The notes under the pieces are model-generated. The model ran no database searches, was not told where the DNA came from, and worked only from the letters and a program-made list of their open reading frames with translations. Made by a program: the position numbers and the translations under genes. This document shows positions 26,001-37,364 of a stretch of 64,000 nucleotides of DNA, one piece after another (within the stretch, counting starts at the first letter, position 1; the number at the start of each line of letters is the position of its first letter). Source of the DNA: Squalus acanthias (lineage: Eukaryota). The stretch is from assembly GCA_030390025.1 (NCBI GenBank), contig CM059425.1:171990001-172054000 (forward strand), given 5' to 3'.

Positions 26001-27850
26001 TGTGGTAACACAATACAGCTTCCTGTAACTCGAACTTTATTGCATCACTTCCTGTGATTAGTCCAGGATAAATACTGGACTGATCAGTTGGATCCTGGAG
26101 AGGCATAGAGTAAGACCTCTTTTGTATGTAGCACCTTTTTAGTTGATTAAAGCTTACTTTAAGTTCACCACGCGTAAGGCTCATTCTTACGACAATTTAA
26201 TCAACTTTGGAAAACTTCGCACTCAAACTTTTTGGACGAACTCGGAACTAAGGATCCAGGGAATCACCCATCATGGAAAACATCCTTAAACCATCGCGTC
26301 TTGACTTGGACCTAAACACCCCAGCAGCCGGTAAGGTGTGGAAACACTGGTATCGCACGTTTGACAATTTTCTTGAATATTGTAAGGCTGATGATAACTC
26401 AAAGTTGCGGATACTCATCAACTGTGTCACCCCGAATGTATTTCAGTATGTGGAGAAATGGGACAGTTACGAGGAGGCAATTCGGACGCTTAAGAGACTA
26501 TATACTAAGACACCGAATGAGGTCTATGCCAGACATCTACTTGCTACAGCCCAACAAGGGCTGGAGGAATCCATTGATAAATTCCTCCAAGAGCTTCGCA
26601 GACTTAGTATGGACTGTAACTTTCGGGCGGCCTCAGCTGAGCTGTACCGTGAAGAAATGATCCGTGATGCTTTCATCTGCGGGCTTGCCTCCCCATTTAT
26701 ATGCCAGCGTCTACTGGAAAGTAAGACACTTGAGCTTCAGAAAGCTGATGACATGGCTTGCTCTCTAGATCTGGCAAAAAGAAATGCAGACCTTTATACA
26801 GTGCCCAGACCTCGGTCTACTGCCTTAACTACAGTCAGGCAATTTAAGAGGCCACAGGTGAACTCTATTAGGGAGGTCTTTATCCCTGACGATCAATCTG
26901 ATGACTTCACTGATGAAGAGGATGATGACCCCACTGTGGCAGCCTCTTGGCAATCTAAGAAATGCTTCTTTTGTGGTGATGAGTTCCACCCTCGGAAATT
27001 CTGCCCTGCTCGCAATGCGTTTTGCAGTCATTGCAACAAAAAGGGTCATTTTTGCAAAGGTTTGCCTATCAAGAGCCTCTACGAGGGCTTATCAAGCTAA
27101 GTCCTACCGAACTGCCCCGGTAAGGGCCTATCAAGATGTTCCGGCTAAAATCTATCGTGCTTCCCCTCGAAGAAACACACCGAGAGTTTCAGCCACTCTT
27201 TGTGCAACGACACCAATTACAGCTGCTTGTCCTCAGAACCTATTCCATGCAGCTACAAAAGCATCAATTAATGGACATACTTTAGATGCCTTAATTGACT
27301 CAGGTAGCACTGATAGTTTCATTAGGGAACAGATTGTTGCAGAGTTAAAGCTACATGTTTTCCCATCGGACCAGGCAGTTGCGATGGCTCAGTCATCACT
27401 TAATACCAGAATTTCTGGCTTTTGTATGGTTGAAATAACACTTAATGGTCGCAGGTATCCCTCCACCCGGCTTTCGGTGCTCAAGGACTTATGTAGTGAT
27501 CTTATCATAGGGCTGGATTTTCAAAAGCAGCATAAGAAGCTCACCATTGAGTTCGGCGGATCCAAACCTGAACTCACTATTTCTAATATACTACCTCGAT
27601 TACCGTTCTGTGACTCGAACTTCATCCCGGCCTCCTAATCTTTTGGGGGGGGAGAATGTGGTAACACAATACAGCTTCCTGTGACTCGAACTTTATTGCA
27701 TCACTTCCTGTGATTAGTCCAGGATAAATACTGGACTGATCAGTTGGATCCTGGAGAGGCATAGAGTAAGACCTCTTTTGTATGTAGCACCTTTTTAGTT
27801 GATTAAAGCTTACTTTAAGTTCACCACGCGTAAGGCTCATTCTTACGACA
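26001..27850 (+). mobile_element. Non-autonomous Ty3/Gypsy (Mag-like) LTR retrotransposon nested in the ERV
   Basis: 194-bp LTRs (26001-26194, 27657-27850; TG..CA; one difference seen), 5-bp TSD GACTA, PPT GGGGGGGGAGAA at 27645-27656; gag + protease only. Confidence 0.95.
26273..27638 (+). pseudogene. Gypsy Gag (two zinc knuckles) + aspartic protease, one frameshift at about 27050
   Basis: CFFCGDEFHPRKFC and CSHCNKKGHF/AKVC knuckles; ALIDSGS protease active site; DLIIGLDF. Confidence 0.9.
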
Positions 27851-29169
27851 GACTATATTTGGCGTCAGGGAAAGAAATAGAATAGGGACGAATGGTGCCC
27901 TTACTAGGTTCTATATAGACGACCAGACGGGTTTAGTTGATAAGATGATGAAGGAGGGGTGGGACCGCTCCAGAATCCGAAGGTAAGAGAGAGTGGTAGA
28001 GGGTCAAAAACTGAAAAAGACGAAAAAGGCGAGGGTAATACTAGTAAACCAATTAGTCGCATTAACTAACAAGGTGCAGCGACTCCACACTAAACTTGCA
28101 AGTAAAAATGAAAGAATTCTTGATTTAGAACAAGAGCTATTATTATAAAGGGAATGAGTCAGGAAACAAACCGACATGGAAGTTATTAATATCTGTGCCG
28201 AGACAAATAAAACTCAAGATTTGCTAAGTGACAGGAACCTTAAAAAATTAAAAAATGCTGGGATCTCAGTTTATGTGAAAGTGTGTGTTAAAAGTGAAAG
28301 TTTCTGACTGTGAATGTTTAAGAAGTTATAGTATTTCTTTTGTCTGAAAGTCTGTTTTTAAAAAAAAGGGGGAAGTCAGTTTTGTTTTAGCTCCACCCAC
28401 TCTTTTGTACAGAGAGCTAAAAGCTGTTTAACCCTTTGAAGACCTGTCTTGAATGACAGACAAGTGTGTGTTGTTTTAAGTTTGTTAATTGTTTTACAAA
28501 AGATAAGCTTCAGCCTTGAAGTCACAGTTGCCAATGTGCCTGGAAGAAAATGAATTTGAATGTTTACAAGGCATGAGTAATTGTTTCTTTGTTTCTGTGG
28601 TTTCTTTCTTTTCCAAGTGATACTGGTTAGTTTAGAAAAAAACTGATCTGGATTGAATTGGAGTTAGAGGTGAATTAACCTATTAAAACCAGACTTTCAG
28701 TGTGGCCATGGTGAAATTCTGGTTGGTGTAAATTTGTGTAGACCGCATTGAATAAGATTGTGCACCCAGAATTGAAACAAAACTTCAAACTACAATTTAA
28801 GTTAAGCTGGTGTGTAAAAACTGAGAAGAAAAACAAAAAGTTTGTTTAACAAAAGATTAAGTTTCAGTCTAAGATTTAACCTTGGAGTCGCGGTTGCTAT
28901 GGTGGAATCCTCCGAAGCAATTTGTTTAAATGTGAAAAAACTAATTTTTCTCTAGTTGTAAGCAACAACTTTAGTATGGCTGAACGAAATTTAAAGATAT
29001 TGGACATTATTAAATTTAAGTGTCTTAATTTTAAGTTAGTATTTCCCCACAGTGATGGAAGGAAAATTAAGATTTGATAAATTAACCCCTTGGGCTCTTA
29101 AACAGAACTATATCAGATAGCCAGAAAGCAAAGTGGGAAACAATCCTCTGACCAAGAGATGGATCAGTA

Positions 29170-29790
29170 TTAATACAAAAAATACTGGAATAAACCCAGC
29201 ATCCGGAATATTAACAGAAGGAGTTATATGACCTCCACGGGAAAGGTAGTAAAACATGGAAAGCTAATAGAAAGGTTAGTTAAGGCGACACAGGCACCTT
29301 TAGAAACCGCGGTAATTAAAATAAAGGCCCACACGAAGATAGACATGGACTCATAGGAGCCTCAGGATCAGGCTCCCATAGGAAATCGGTATGCAGATTT
29401 GGCCGCAAAACTAACCGCGGAGGAACTTAAACCAGAAGCCGCGTTTAAACACGAGATAAATATGGTCATGACAACCAGTGGGGTACAGGAAGTGAATATA
29501 GTGGAGGTACAAGAAAATACTAGTAAAGAGGAAAAGGAGAGATGGAAACAAGCTGGCGTACAGTTACGAGATGGAATTTGGAGATGGGGCCCACGAAACC
29601 AGGTGGTGGCACCGGAATGTTGTAGACAACAACTGATGGGGCTGTACCATGGTGTAACACATATCGGCAGAAGTAACATGTTGCACCGACTGACACAGTA
29701 CTGGTGGTGGCCAAAGATGGGTCGAGAGGTGGCAAAGTATTGTCACCGTTGTATAATATGCGCTAAGAATAATGTAGGACAGAGATGCAG
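29170..29790 (+). pseudogene. ERV pol segment 1: connection remnant, RNase H C-terminal half, integrase HHCC finger
   Basis: NTGINPASGILTEG; TSTGKVVKHGKLIERLVKATQAPLETAVIKIKAH..GNRYADLAAK; YHGVTHIG..WWWPKM..CIICAKNN. Confidence 0.8.
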
Positions 29791-29811
29791 AGTTAGAGTA
29801 GCAAACCAACT

Positions 29812-31290
29812 GTGATGACAGGGGATATCGTCTTACACACTCGGCATACACTGGTAGAGATGTTAAATACCGGGAAACTACGGTCAGTTTCCAATATGCG
29901 GCGAGCTCGATGGGAAGCAGTCCTACTGCCGATAGATCAGACAGTTAAGGTAATTCGGGATACAGGGGAAAACCCCGCGGAAGGCATCCTGAGTGAGGGA
30001 AGCCCCCATCAGTGCTCAGAGACGGAGAGGGAACTAGACGAAACCCTCGTGCAGGATGAACCGCTGGAGGAAGCTCAGATGACACTGTACGTAGACGGGT
30101 CAAGGAAATATGTAGAGGGATCTCCCCGGACAGGATGGGCAGTAGTAAATGATCAGTTGGAAACAGAAATGTCGGGAAGGTTAGACGGAAGCTTGTCGGC
30201 ACAAGTAGCCGAGATAGTAGCGTTAACAAAGGCGCTAGAAGTAGCAAGGGGAAAGACAGTAAACATCTACACGGATAGTAGATATGCATTCGGAGTGGTA
30301 CACGATTATATGACAGCTTGGGGGAGAAGGGGGTTTGTGACAACCGGAGGGGATCACACAAAACACCAGCAGCGAATAGAGGCCCTCTTGGAAGCCACGA
30401 AAGCCCCAACACAAGCTGCAGTAATAAAAATCAAAGCGCACCAGAAGATACAGAATCAGGAGCAAAAAGGGAACCAGGCCGCTGATCTAGCAGCACAGTG
30501 AGCTCTTGAACAAGGAATGGTTGAAGGGAACGTAGCTAGTGCACAAACAGAGGAAATAGATATCAGTAAATTGCATGCAGACGTCCCAGAAGACGAAAGA
30601 CAGGAATGGTACCGAGCAGGGGGTAGACCAGATGAAGAGGCAATATGGCGAAAGAATGGAAAGGTGATAGCCCCCGTGTGCATCAGACAGAATTTTTAGA
30701 ACTACATCATGGAAGCGCCCATACAGGAAGTGGGTCAATAAAACAGAAATTCCACATCCCATACCATCCTCAAAGTTCTGGAATGGTAGAAAGAATGAAT
30801 TGCACCTTAAAAACAGTGGTAGCCAAAGCATTGGGGGAAAAACAGCAACGGTGGGTGGATGTGCTACCCACAGTATTAATGAAACTAAGAGCCACCCCAA
30901 ATCAAACCACGGGCCTATCACCATATGAGCTAATGACAGGGAGGGCAATGCAGCTCCCCCATGGCATAATGACTGGAGGAGAAAATGTGGGTCCCCTAAA
31001 GGATAAACTCCACAGATATGTCCTGGAAATGAGTAACCAATTAAAAGAAATGAAACAGCAAACTAAGAAAGACAGGAAGAAAGAGATAAAGATTTGGAAT
31101 TGACCGCATTTCCATATATCGCTCCAGCGGGGACCAAGGTAATGGTTAAGAATCTACCAGGAAAACCCGGGCTTGCCCCAAAAATGGTCAGGGCCATATC
31201 AGATTTTAATTAGTGGGGATACGTGTGCTTGCATTAATATAAAGGGCATAGGACGATGGAAGCACTGGACACAGCTGAAAGCCTATGACC
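29812..31290 (+). pseudogene. ERV pol segment 2: connection, complete RNase H, internally deleted integrase
   Basis: RWEAVLL..NPAEGIL; YVDGS/AE/TDS/AD catalytic residues; HHGSAHTG joined directly to KFHIPYHPQSSGMVERMN, so the first two catalytic Asp residues are lost. Confidence 0.88.
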
Positions 31291-31306
31291 CTTCACCAAT
31301 TTAAGA

Positions 31307-31534
31307 ATGGCTACACCAGAACAAGTACCTTTTGTCGAAAGTGAAGAATATGCTAGACAATATGACGAATGGGAATGGACGCTGACACAAACACTGGTTT
31401 GGATAATATGTATTATCTTGATAGGATATACCTTGGGATATATCCTGAAATATGTATGGGAACGATCCCATCACCTCCAACCGGTCGAGCAGGAGGAGGG
31501 AATCCAAATGATTATGATCGAGGAACCTGCTTAA
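31307..31534 (+). CDS. Small single-pass membrane ORF (75 aa) between pol and env; possible accessory gene
   Basis: ATG in good context (AGAATGG), acidic N-terminus, hydrophobic stretch LVWIICIILIGYTLGYIL, acidic C-terminus. Confidence 0.4.
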   Translation: MATPEQVPFVESEEYARQYDEWEWTLTQTLVWIICIILIGYTLGYILKYVWERSHHLQPVEQEEGIQMIMIEEPA

Positions 31535-31638
31535 TAACAATATTCTATTCACCCCCACAGGAAAATAGAATGTACAAGCAACAAAGTGGTTAGGTTGGCG
31601 ATATAGCCTTTGGGACATTGTTAACATAAAGTGATAAG

Positions 31639-32036
31639 ATGAACGTGTTACGCGATATCATGTGTAGTTTGCTTGTTTGTGTAAACATAATATGTAGCCT
31701 CGGGAGGACTCAGGCTAGAGTACCCCCACGGGCCAAAAGAGAGTTACGGGTAAATTGGCAAGGGAATCCGTTAACATGGCCCTTGACTATGTGTTGGCAG
31801 AAAAAGGGGGAACCTGTGCCCTAATAGGTACAGAATGTTGTGCCGACATATCAGACAGCTCAGAAGAAATAACTAACTTGGCAGAACACATTTTGTTCTT
31901 TGTTATAATATTAGTGATGTATGATCTGGTTTTATTGTTGAAATGTTGCTGCGCCCAAATGGCAAAAGATGTTGTTCCAGCAGCACCAGTGGGGCAGGTG
32001 TATCGTAACATAAAAGATAGATCTCTGTTTATCTAA
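31639..32036 (+). pseudogene. Condensed env remnant
   Basis: Signal-like CSLLVCVNIICSLG and furin site RAKR; then in another frame ISD MALDYVLAEKGG, CALIGTECC (CX6CC) and TM helix LFFVIILVMYDLVLLL. Confidence 0.85.
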
Positions 32037-32558
32037 GAAAGGAAAATGCTTACGCGCGGGTAACGTTTGTATTAATGCATGTGTAAAACTTTAGAGATAG
32101 AGTAGAATAGGGAAAAACCATTGGTTGCGGCATATGACACAAGAAGAAACAGACAAACAGATGAAGAAGGGAACAACTTTAAGCTACGAGGAATACGTCG
32201 ACACACGGAAGAAATGGATCATCGATATTTCAAAGAGAAGGACATGTTCATGACAAGTCAGGCGGAGGACGGAGGATAAAGAAAAAAAAACGGAAGAGGA
32301 GCGGAAGAACCTAACCTAAATGGTATGAATAGCTCAACAGTCATGATGTGACTGGACTGTGCAGCTCAACCTCTTCCGGGGTGTTTTTCTCTCTCGTTCT
32401 CCCGAGCGCGTTCTCATTTACATTGGACTGTGAAACAACAATAACATCGTCAAAAGATCTTGTCAACAGAGCATAAGAAACTGTGTGCCGCCATTATAAC
32501 CATGGTATGATGGTCCCCAGGACAAATCAAGCTTTGGCCAGGGACCAATAGGAGGGAC

Positions 32559-32990
32559 TGTAAGAGTTAAAAAATGTAATTGTAATAATGTGAGGGCAAA
32601 TCAGTTGTAATGTTTAAGATTAGTTGAACTGCTTAAAGGACTATAGTAAAGGTCAAAGTATCTCCCGAAGGCATGGAGACAGGGGTATAATTAGATAAAG
32701 ACCAACTTGCTAAGACTGCAGTATTGTAATGCAGACACCGCAGAACAAAAATGTGAATCATTGTTTTTCTATAAACTAACCTCGAATAGGTGTAAGAATG
32801 AAACCAATGCAGCACAGATGGCTGATAAAAGCAGAAGCAAAAGAATAAGTTTTGCTAACAGTGTAAATTCTGATCAAGTCGTTTTTAGACAACCTAAGGG
32901 TCACTCATGACGTAACCCTAACCCTGACTGTGCTGATGTTTGTATTTTTTGGCTTTTGGAAGTGAATAAAGAAGCGTGGCTACCATTGTT
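32559..32990 (+). repeat. ERV 3' LTR, truncated
   Basis: Preceded by purine tract AATAGGAGGGAC; about 11 differences from the 5' LTR over ~430 bp by eye; last ~140 bp missing. Confidence 0.92.
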
Positions 32991-35892
32991 TTTCCTCAAA
33001 TCCCCTTTAAACCTCCTGCCCCTTACCTTGAAACTATGCCCCCTGGTTATTGACCCCTCTACTAAGGGGAAAAGTTCCTTTCTATCTCCCCTATCTATGC
33101 CCCTCATAATTTTGTGCACCTCAATCAGGTTCCCCCTCAGCCTTCTCAGCTCTAAGGAAAACAACCTCATCCTGTCCAGTCTCCCTTCATAGCTGAAACG
33201 CTCCAGCCCAGGTAACATCCTGGTGAATCTCCTCTGCACCCTCTCCAATGCAATCACATCCTTCCTATAGTGTGGCGACCAGAACTGCACACAGTATTCT
33301 AGCTGTGGCCTAACTAGCGTTTTGTACAGCTCCATCATAACCTCCCTGCTCTTATATTCTATGCCTCGGCTAATGAAGGCAAGTATCCCATATGCCTTTT
33401 TAACCACCTTATCTACCTGTCCTGCTGCCTTCAGGGATCTATGTACATGCACACCAAGGTCCCTCTGATCCTCTGTCCTTCCTAGGGTCCTACCATTCAT
33501 TGTGTATTCCCTTGCCTTGTTAGTCCTCCCAAAATGCATCACCTCACACTCTTCAGGGTTAAATTCCATTTGCCACTGTTCTGCCCATCTGACCAACCCA
33601 TCTATATCGTCCTGTAGCCTGAGGCTTCCCTCCTCGCTATTTACCACTCCACCAATTTTCGTGTCATCTGCGAGCTTACTGATCATACCTCCTGCATTCA
33701 TATCTAAATCATGAATGTACACGACAAACAGCAAGGGACCCAGCACTGATCCCTGCAGTACACCACTGGACACAGGCTTCCAGTCACAAAAACAACCTTC
33801 GACCATCACCCTCTGCCTCCTGCCACTAAGCCAATTTTGGATCCAATGTGCCAAATTGCCCTGGATCCCATGGGCTCTTACCTTCTTTACCAGTCTCCCA
33901 TGCGGGACTTTGTCAAAAGCCTTACTGAAGTCCATGTAGACTACATCAACTGCACTACCCTCATCCACACACCTAGTCACCCCCTCAAAAAATTCAATCA
34001 AATTGGTCAGACATGATCTCCCCCTGACAAAGCCATGCTGACTATCCCTGATTAATCCCTGCCTCTCCAAGTGGAGACTAATTCTGTCCCTCAGAATTTT
34101 TTCCAATAATTTCCCTACCACTGATGTTAGGCTCACTGGCCTGTAATTCCCTGGTTTATCCCTACTACCCTTCTTGAATAATGTTACTACGTTAGCTGTC
34201 CTCCAGTCCTCTGGTACCTCCCCTGTGGCCACAGAGGTTCTGAAAATTTGTGTCAGAGCCCCTGCAATCTCCTCCCTTGCCTCACACAGCAGCCTGGGAT
34301 ACATCTCGTCTGGGTCTGGGGATTTATCCACTTTTAAGCCCGCAAATACTGCTAGTACCTCCTCCCTCTCAATGCTAATTTGTTCAAGTATATCTCAATC
34401 CCCCTGCCTGATTTCTATGCCGACATCGTCCTTCTCCATACTGAACACAGATGCAAAATATTCATTTAAAACCTCACCCACATCTTCCGGCTCTACACAC
34501 AGATTGCCACTTTGGTCCCTAATGGTCCCTACTCTTTCCCTGGTTATCCTCTTGCCCTTAATGTACTTATAAAACACCTTGGGATTTTCCTTTATTTTGC
34601 CCGCCAGTGTTTTTTCATGCCCCCTCTACGCTCTCCTAATTTCTTTTTTAAGTACCCCCCTGCACTTTCTATACTCCTCTAAGGCTTCCACTGTTTTTAG
34701 TCCTTTGTATCTGCCAAAAGCCTCCTTTTTTTTCCTAATCCATTCTTCTATATCCCTTGACATCCAGGGTTCCCTGGACTTGTTGATCCCACCCTTGACC
34801 TTTACGGGAACATGTTGGCGCTGTACTCTCTCTATTTCCTTTCTGAATGTGCTCTGATGTGGATTTTCCTACAAGTAGCTGATCCCAGTCCACTTTGGCC
34901 AGATCCTGCCTTATCATATTAAAATCGGCCTTCCCCCAATTTAGAACCTTTATTACCGGTCCATCTTTGTCCTTTTCCATGACTACCTTAAATCTCACCG
35001 AATTATGGTCACTGTCACCAAAATGCTCTCCTACTGACACTTCTACCACTTGCCCGGTTACATTCCCTAGAATTAGGTCCAGTACCACCCCCTCTCTTGT
35101 AGGACTTTCTACATGCTAGCTCAAATAGCTCTCCTGGATGCACTTTAAGGATTCCGCACCCTCTAAGCCTTTCACACTCTGACTATCCCAGTTAATATTG
35201 GGGAAGTTGAAATCCCCTACAATTATTACCCTATTATTTCTACACTTCTCTGAGATTTGCCAACATATCTGTTCCTCTATCTCCCCCTGACTGTTTGGGG
35301 GCCTATACTACACTCCCAGCAAAGTGCTTGCCCCCTTTTTGTTTTTAAGTTCTACCCATATGGCCTCATTAGAGGAACCTGCTAAGATATCATCCCTCCT
35401 TACTGCAGTAATTGACTCCTTGATTAATATTGCGACATCCCCTCCTCTTTTACACCCCCCTCTGTCTCGCCTGAAGATTCTATACCCCGGAATATTGAGC
35501 TGCCAGTCCTGCCCCTCCCTCAACCATGTCTCTGTGATAGCAACAATATCATACTCCCATGTGTTCATCAACACCTTCAATTCATCTGCCTTACTCGTAA
35601 GACTCCTTGCATTAAAATAAATGCCATCCAACCTTGTCATACTCCCTTGTGCCATTACGTTTTTGCTCTGCCTTCCAGACTGACTTGTTTTTTCCTCTAT
35701 ATTTGGCTGTGCATCACCCACTACTATAGCTCCACTCCGTATCCCATCCCCCTGCCAAGTTAGTTTAAACCCCCCGCAACAGCACCAGCAAACCTCCCCG
35801 CAAGGATGTTGGTCCCGTTCCGGTTCAGGTGCAACCCGTCTGACTTGTACAGGTCCCACCTTCCCCAGAAACAGACCCAGTGATCCAGGAAA
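32991..35892 (-). mobile_element. CR1 LINE (end of ORF1, APE, RT) lacking its 3' end
   Basis: ORFs 35308-35859 (FNARS, ITETW), 34735-35088 (DLIL, SDH) and 32901-34331 (RT). Confidence 0.95.
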
Positions 35893-37361
35893 CTAAAGCT
35901 TTGATCTGATCCGTTGATTGTGGGATTGCTTTGCCCTATCCATAGCATGCTGCTTCCGCTTTTTAGCATGCATGTACTCCTGTGTTGCAGCTTCCCCAGG
36001 TTGGCACCTCATTTTTAGGTAGGCCTGGTGCTGCTCCCGGCATGCTCTTCTACACTCCTTATTGAACCAGGGTTGGTCCCCTGGCTTGGTGGTAATGGTA
36101 GAGTGAGGGATATGCCGGGCCATGAGGTTACAGATTGTGGTGGAATACAATTCTGCTGCTGCTGATGGCCCACAGCGCCTCATGGATGCCCAGTTTTTAG
36201 CTGCTAGATCTTTTCTGAATCTATCCCATTTAGCACAGTGGTAGTGCCACACAACATGATGGAGGGTGTCCTCAGTGTGGAGACAGGACTTCGTCCCCAC
36301 AATGACTGTGCGGTGGTCACTGCTACCAATACTGTCATGGACAGATGCATCTGCGACAGGTAGATTGGTGAGGACGAGGTCAAGTAGGTTTTTCCCTCAT
36401 GTTGGTTCTCTCACCACCTGTCGCAGGCCCAGACTGGCAGTTATGTCCTTCAGGACTCGGCCAGCTCGGTCAGTAGTGGTGCTACCCAAGCCACTTTTGA
36501 TGTTGGACATTGAAGTCCCCCACCCAGAGTACATTCTGTGCCCTTGCTACTCTCAGTGCTTCTTCCAAGTGGTGTTCAATATGGAAGAGTACTGATTCAT
36601 CAGCTGAGGGAGGGCGGTAGGTGGTAATCAGCAGGAGGTTTCCTTGCCCATGCTTGACCTGAAGCCATGAGACTTCATGGGGTCCGGAGTCAATGTTGAG
36701 GACTCCCAGGGCCACTCCTTCCCAACGGTATACCACTGTGCCGCCACCCCTGGTGGGTCTGCCCTGCCGGTGGGATGGACATACCCAGGGATAGTGATGG
36801 AGAAGTTTGGGACATTGGCTGAAAGGTATGATTCTGTGAGTATGACTATGTCAGGCTGTTGCTTTGCTAGTCTGTGGGACAGCTCTCCCAATTTTGGCAC
36901 AAGTCTCCAGATGTTAGTGAGGAGGACTTTGCAGGGTCGACTGGGCTGGGTGTGCCGTTGCTGTGTTCGTAGCCGGTGCCGAGGTCAATGCTGGGTGGTC
37001 CATCCGGTTTCATTCTTATTATTTTGTTTCGTAGCGGTTAGTTACAACTGAGTGACTTGCTAGGCCATTTCAGAGGGCAGTTAAGAGTCAACCACATTGC
37101 TGTGGTTCTGGAATCACATATAGTCCAGACCAGGTAAGGACGGCAGATTTCCTTCCCTGAAGGACATTAGTGAACCAGATGGATTTTTATGACAATCCGA
37201 TAGTTTCATGGTCACCATTGCTGATACTAGCTTTTTATTCCAGAATTATTTAATGAACTGAATTTAAATTCCCCAGCTGCCATGGTGGGATTTCTCATGT
37301 CTCTGGATCATTAGTCCAGGCCTCTGGATTAGTAGCCCAGTGACATTACCACTACGCTACC
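35893..37361 (-). mobile_element. 5' part of family-B LINE (APE) with tRNA-like 5' head
   Basis: APE motifs (PDIVILTESYL, TTYRPP, VGDFN); ends in NQRIRSKL, where the copy at 4680 begins. 5' end starts GGTAGCGTAGTGGTAATG (A box). Confidence 0.8.
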
Positions 37362-37364
37362 ATT

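Larger units (their letters stand above)
24942..32990 (+). mobile_element. Defective class I (epsilon-like) endogenous retrovirus
   Basis: Two LTRs, tRNA-Ser PBS, PPT, RNase H (YVDGS; SAQVAE; YTDSRYAFGVVHDY), integrase remnants (HPQSSGMVERMN) and gamma-type env TM (ISD + CX6CC). No protease or RT core seen. Confidence 0.9.

Noticed and set aside
27040..27062. Possible programmed gag-pro frameshift
   Set aside because: The shift falls inside the second zinc knuckle (GHF/AKVC) at a T run; better explained as a 1-bp insertion or sequencing error.
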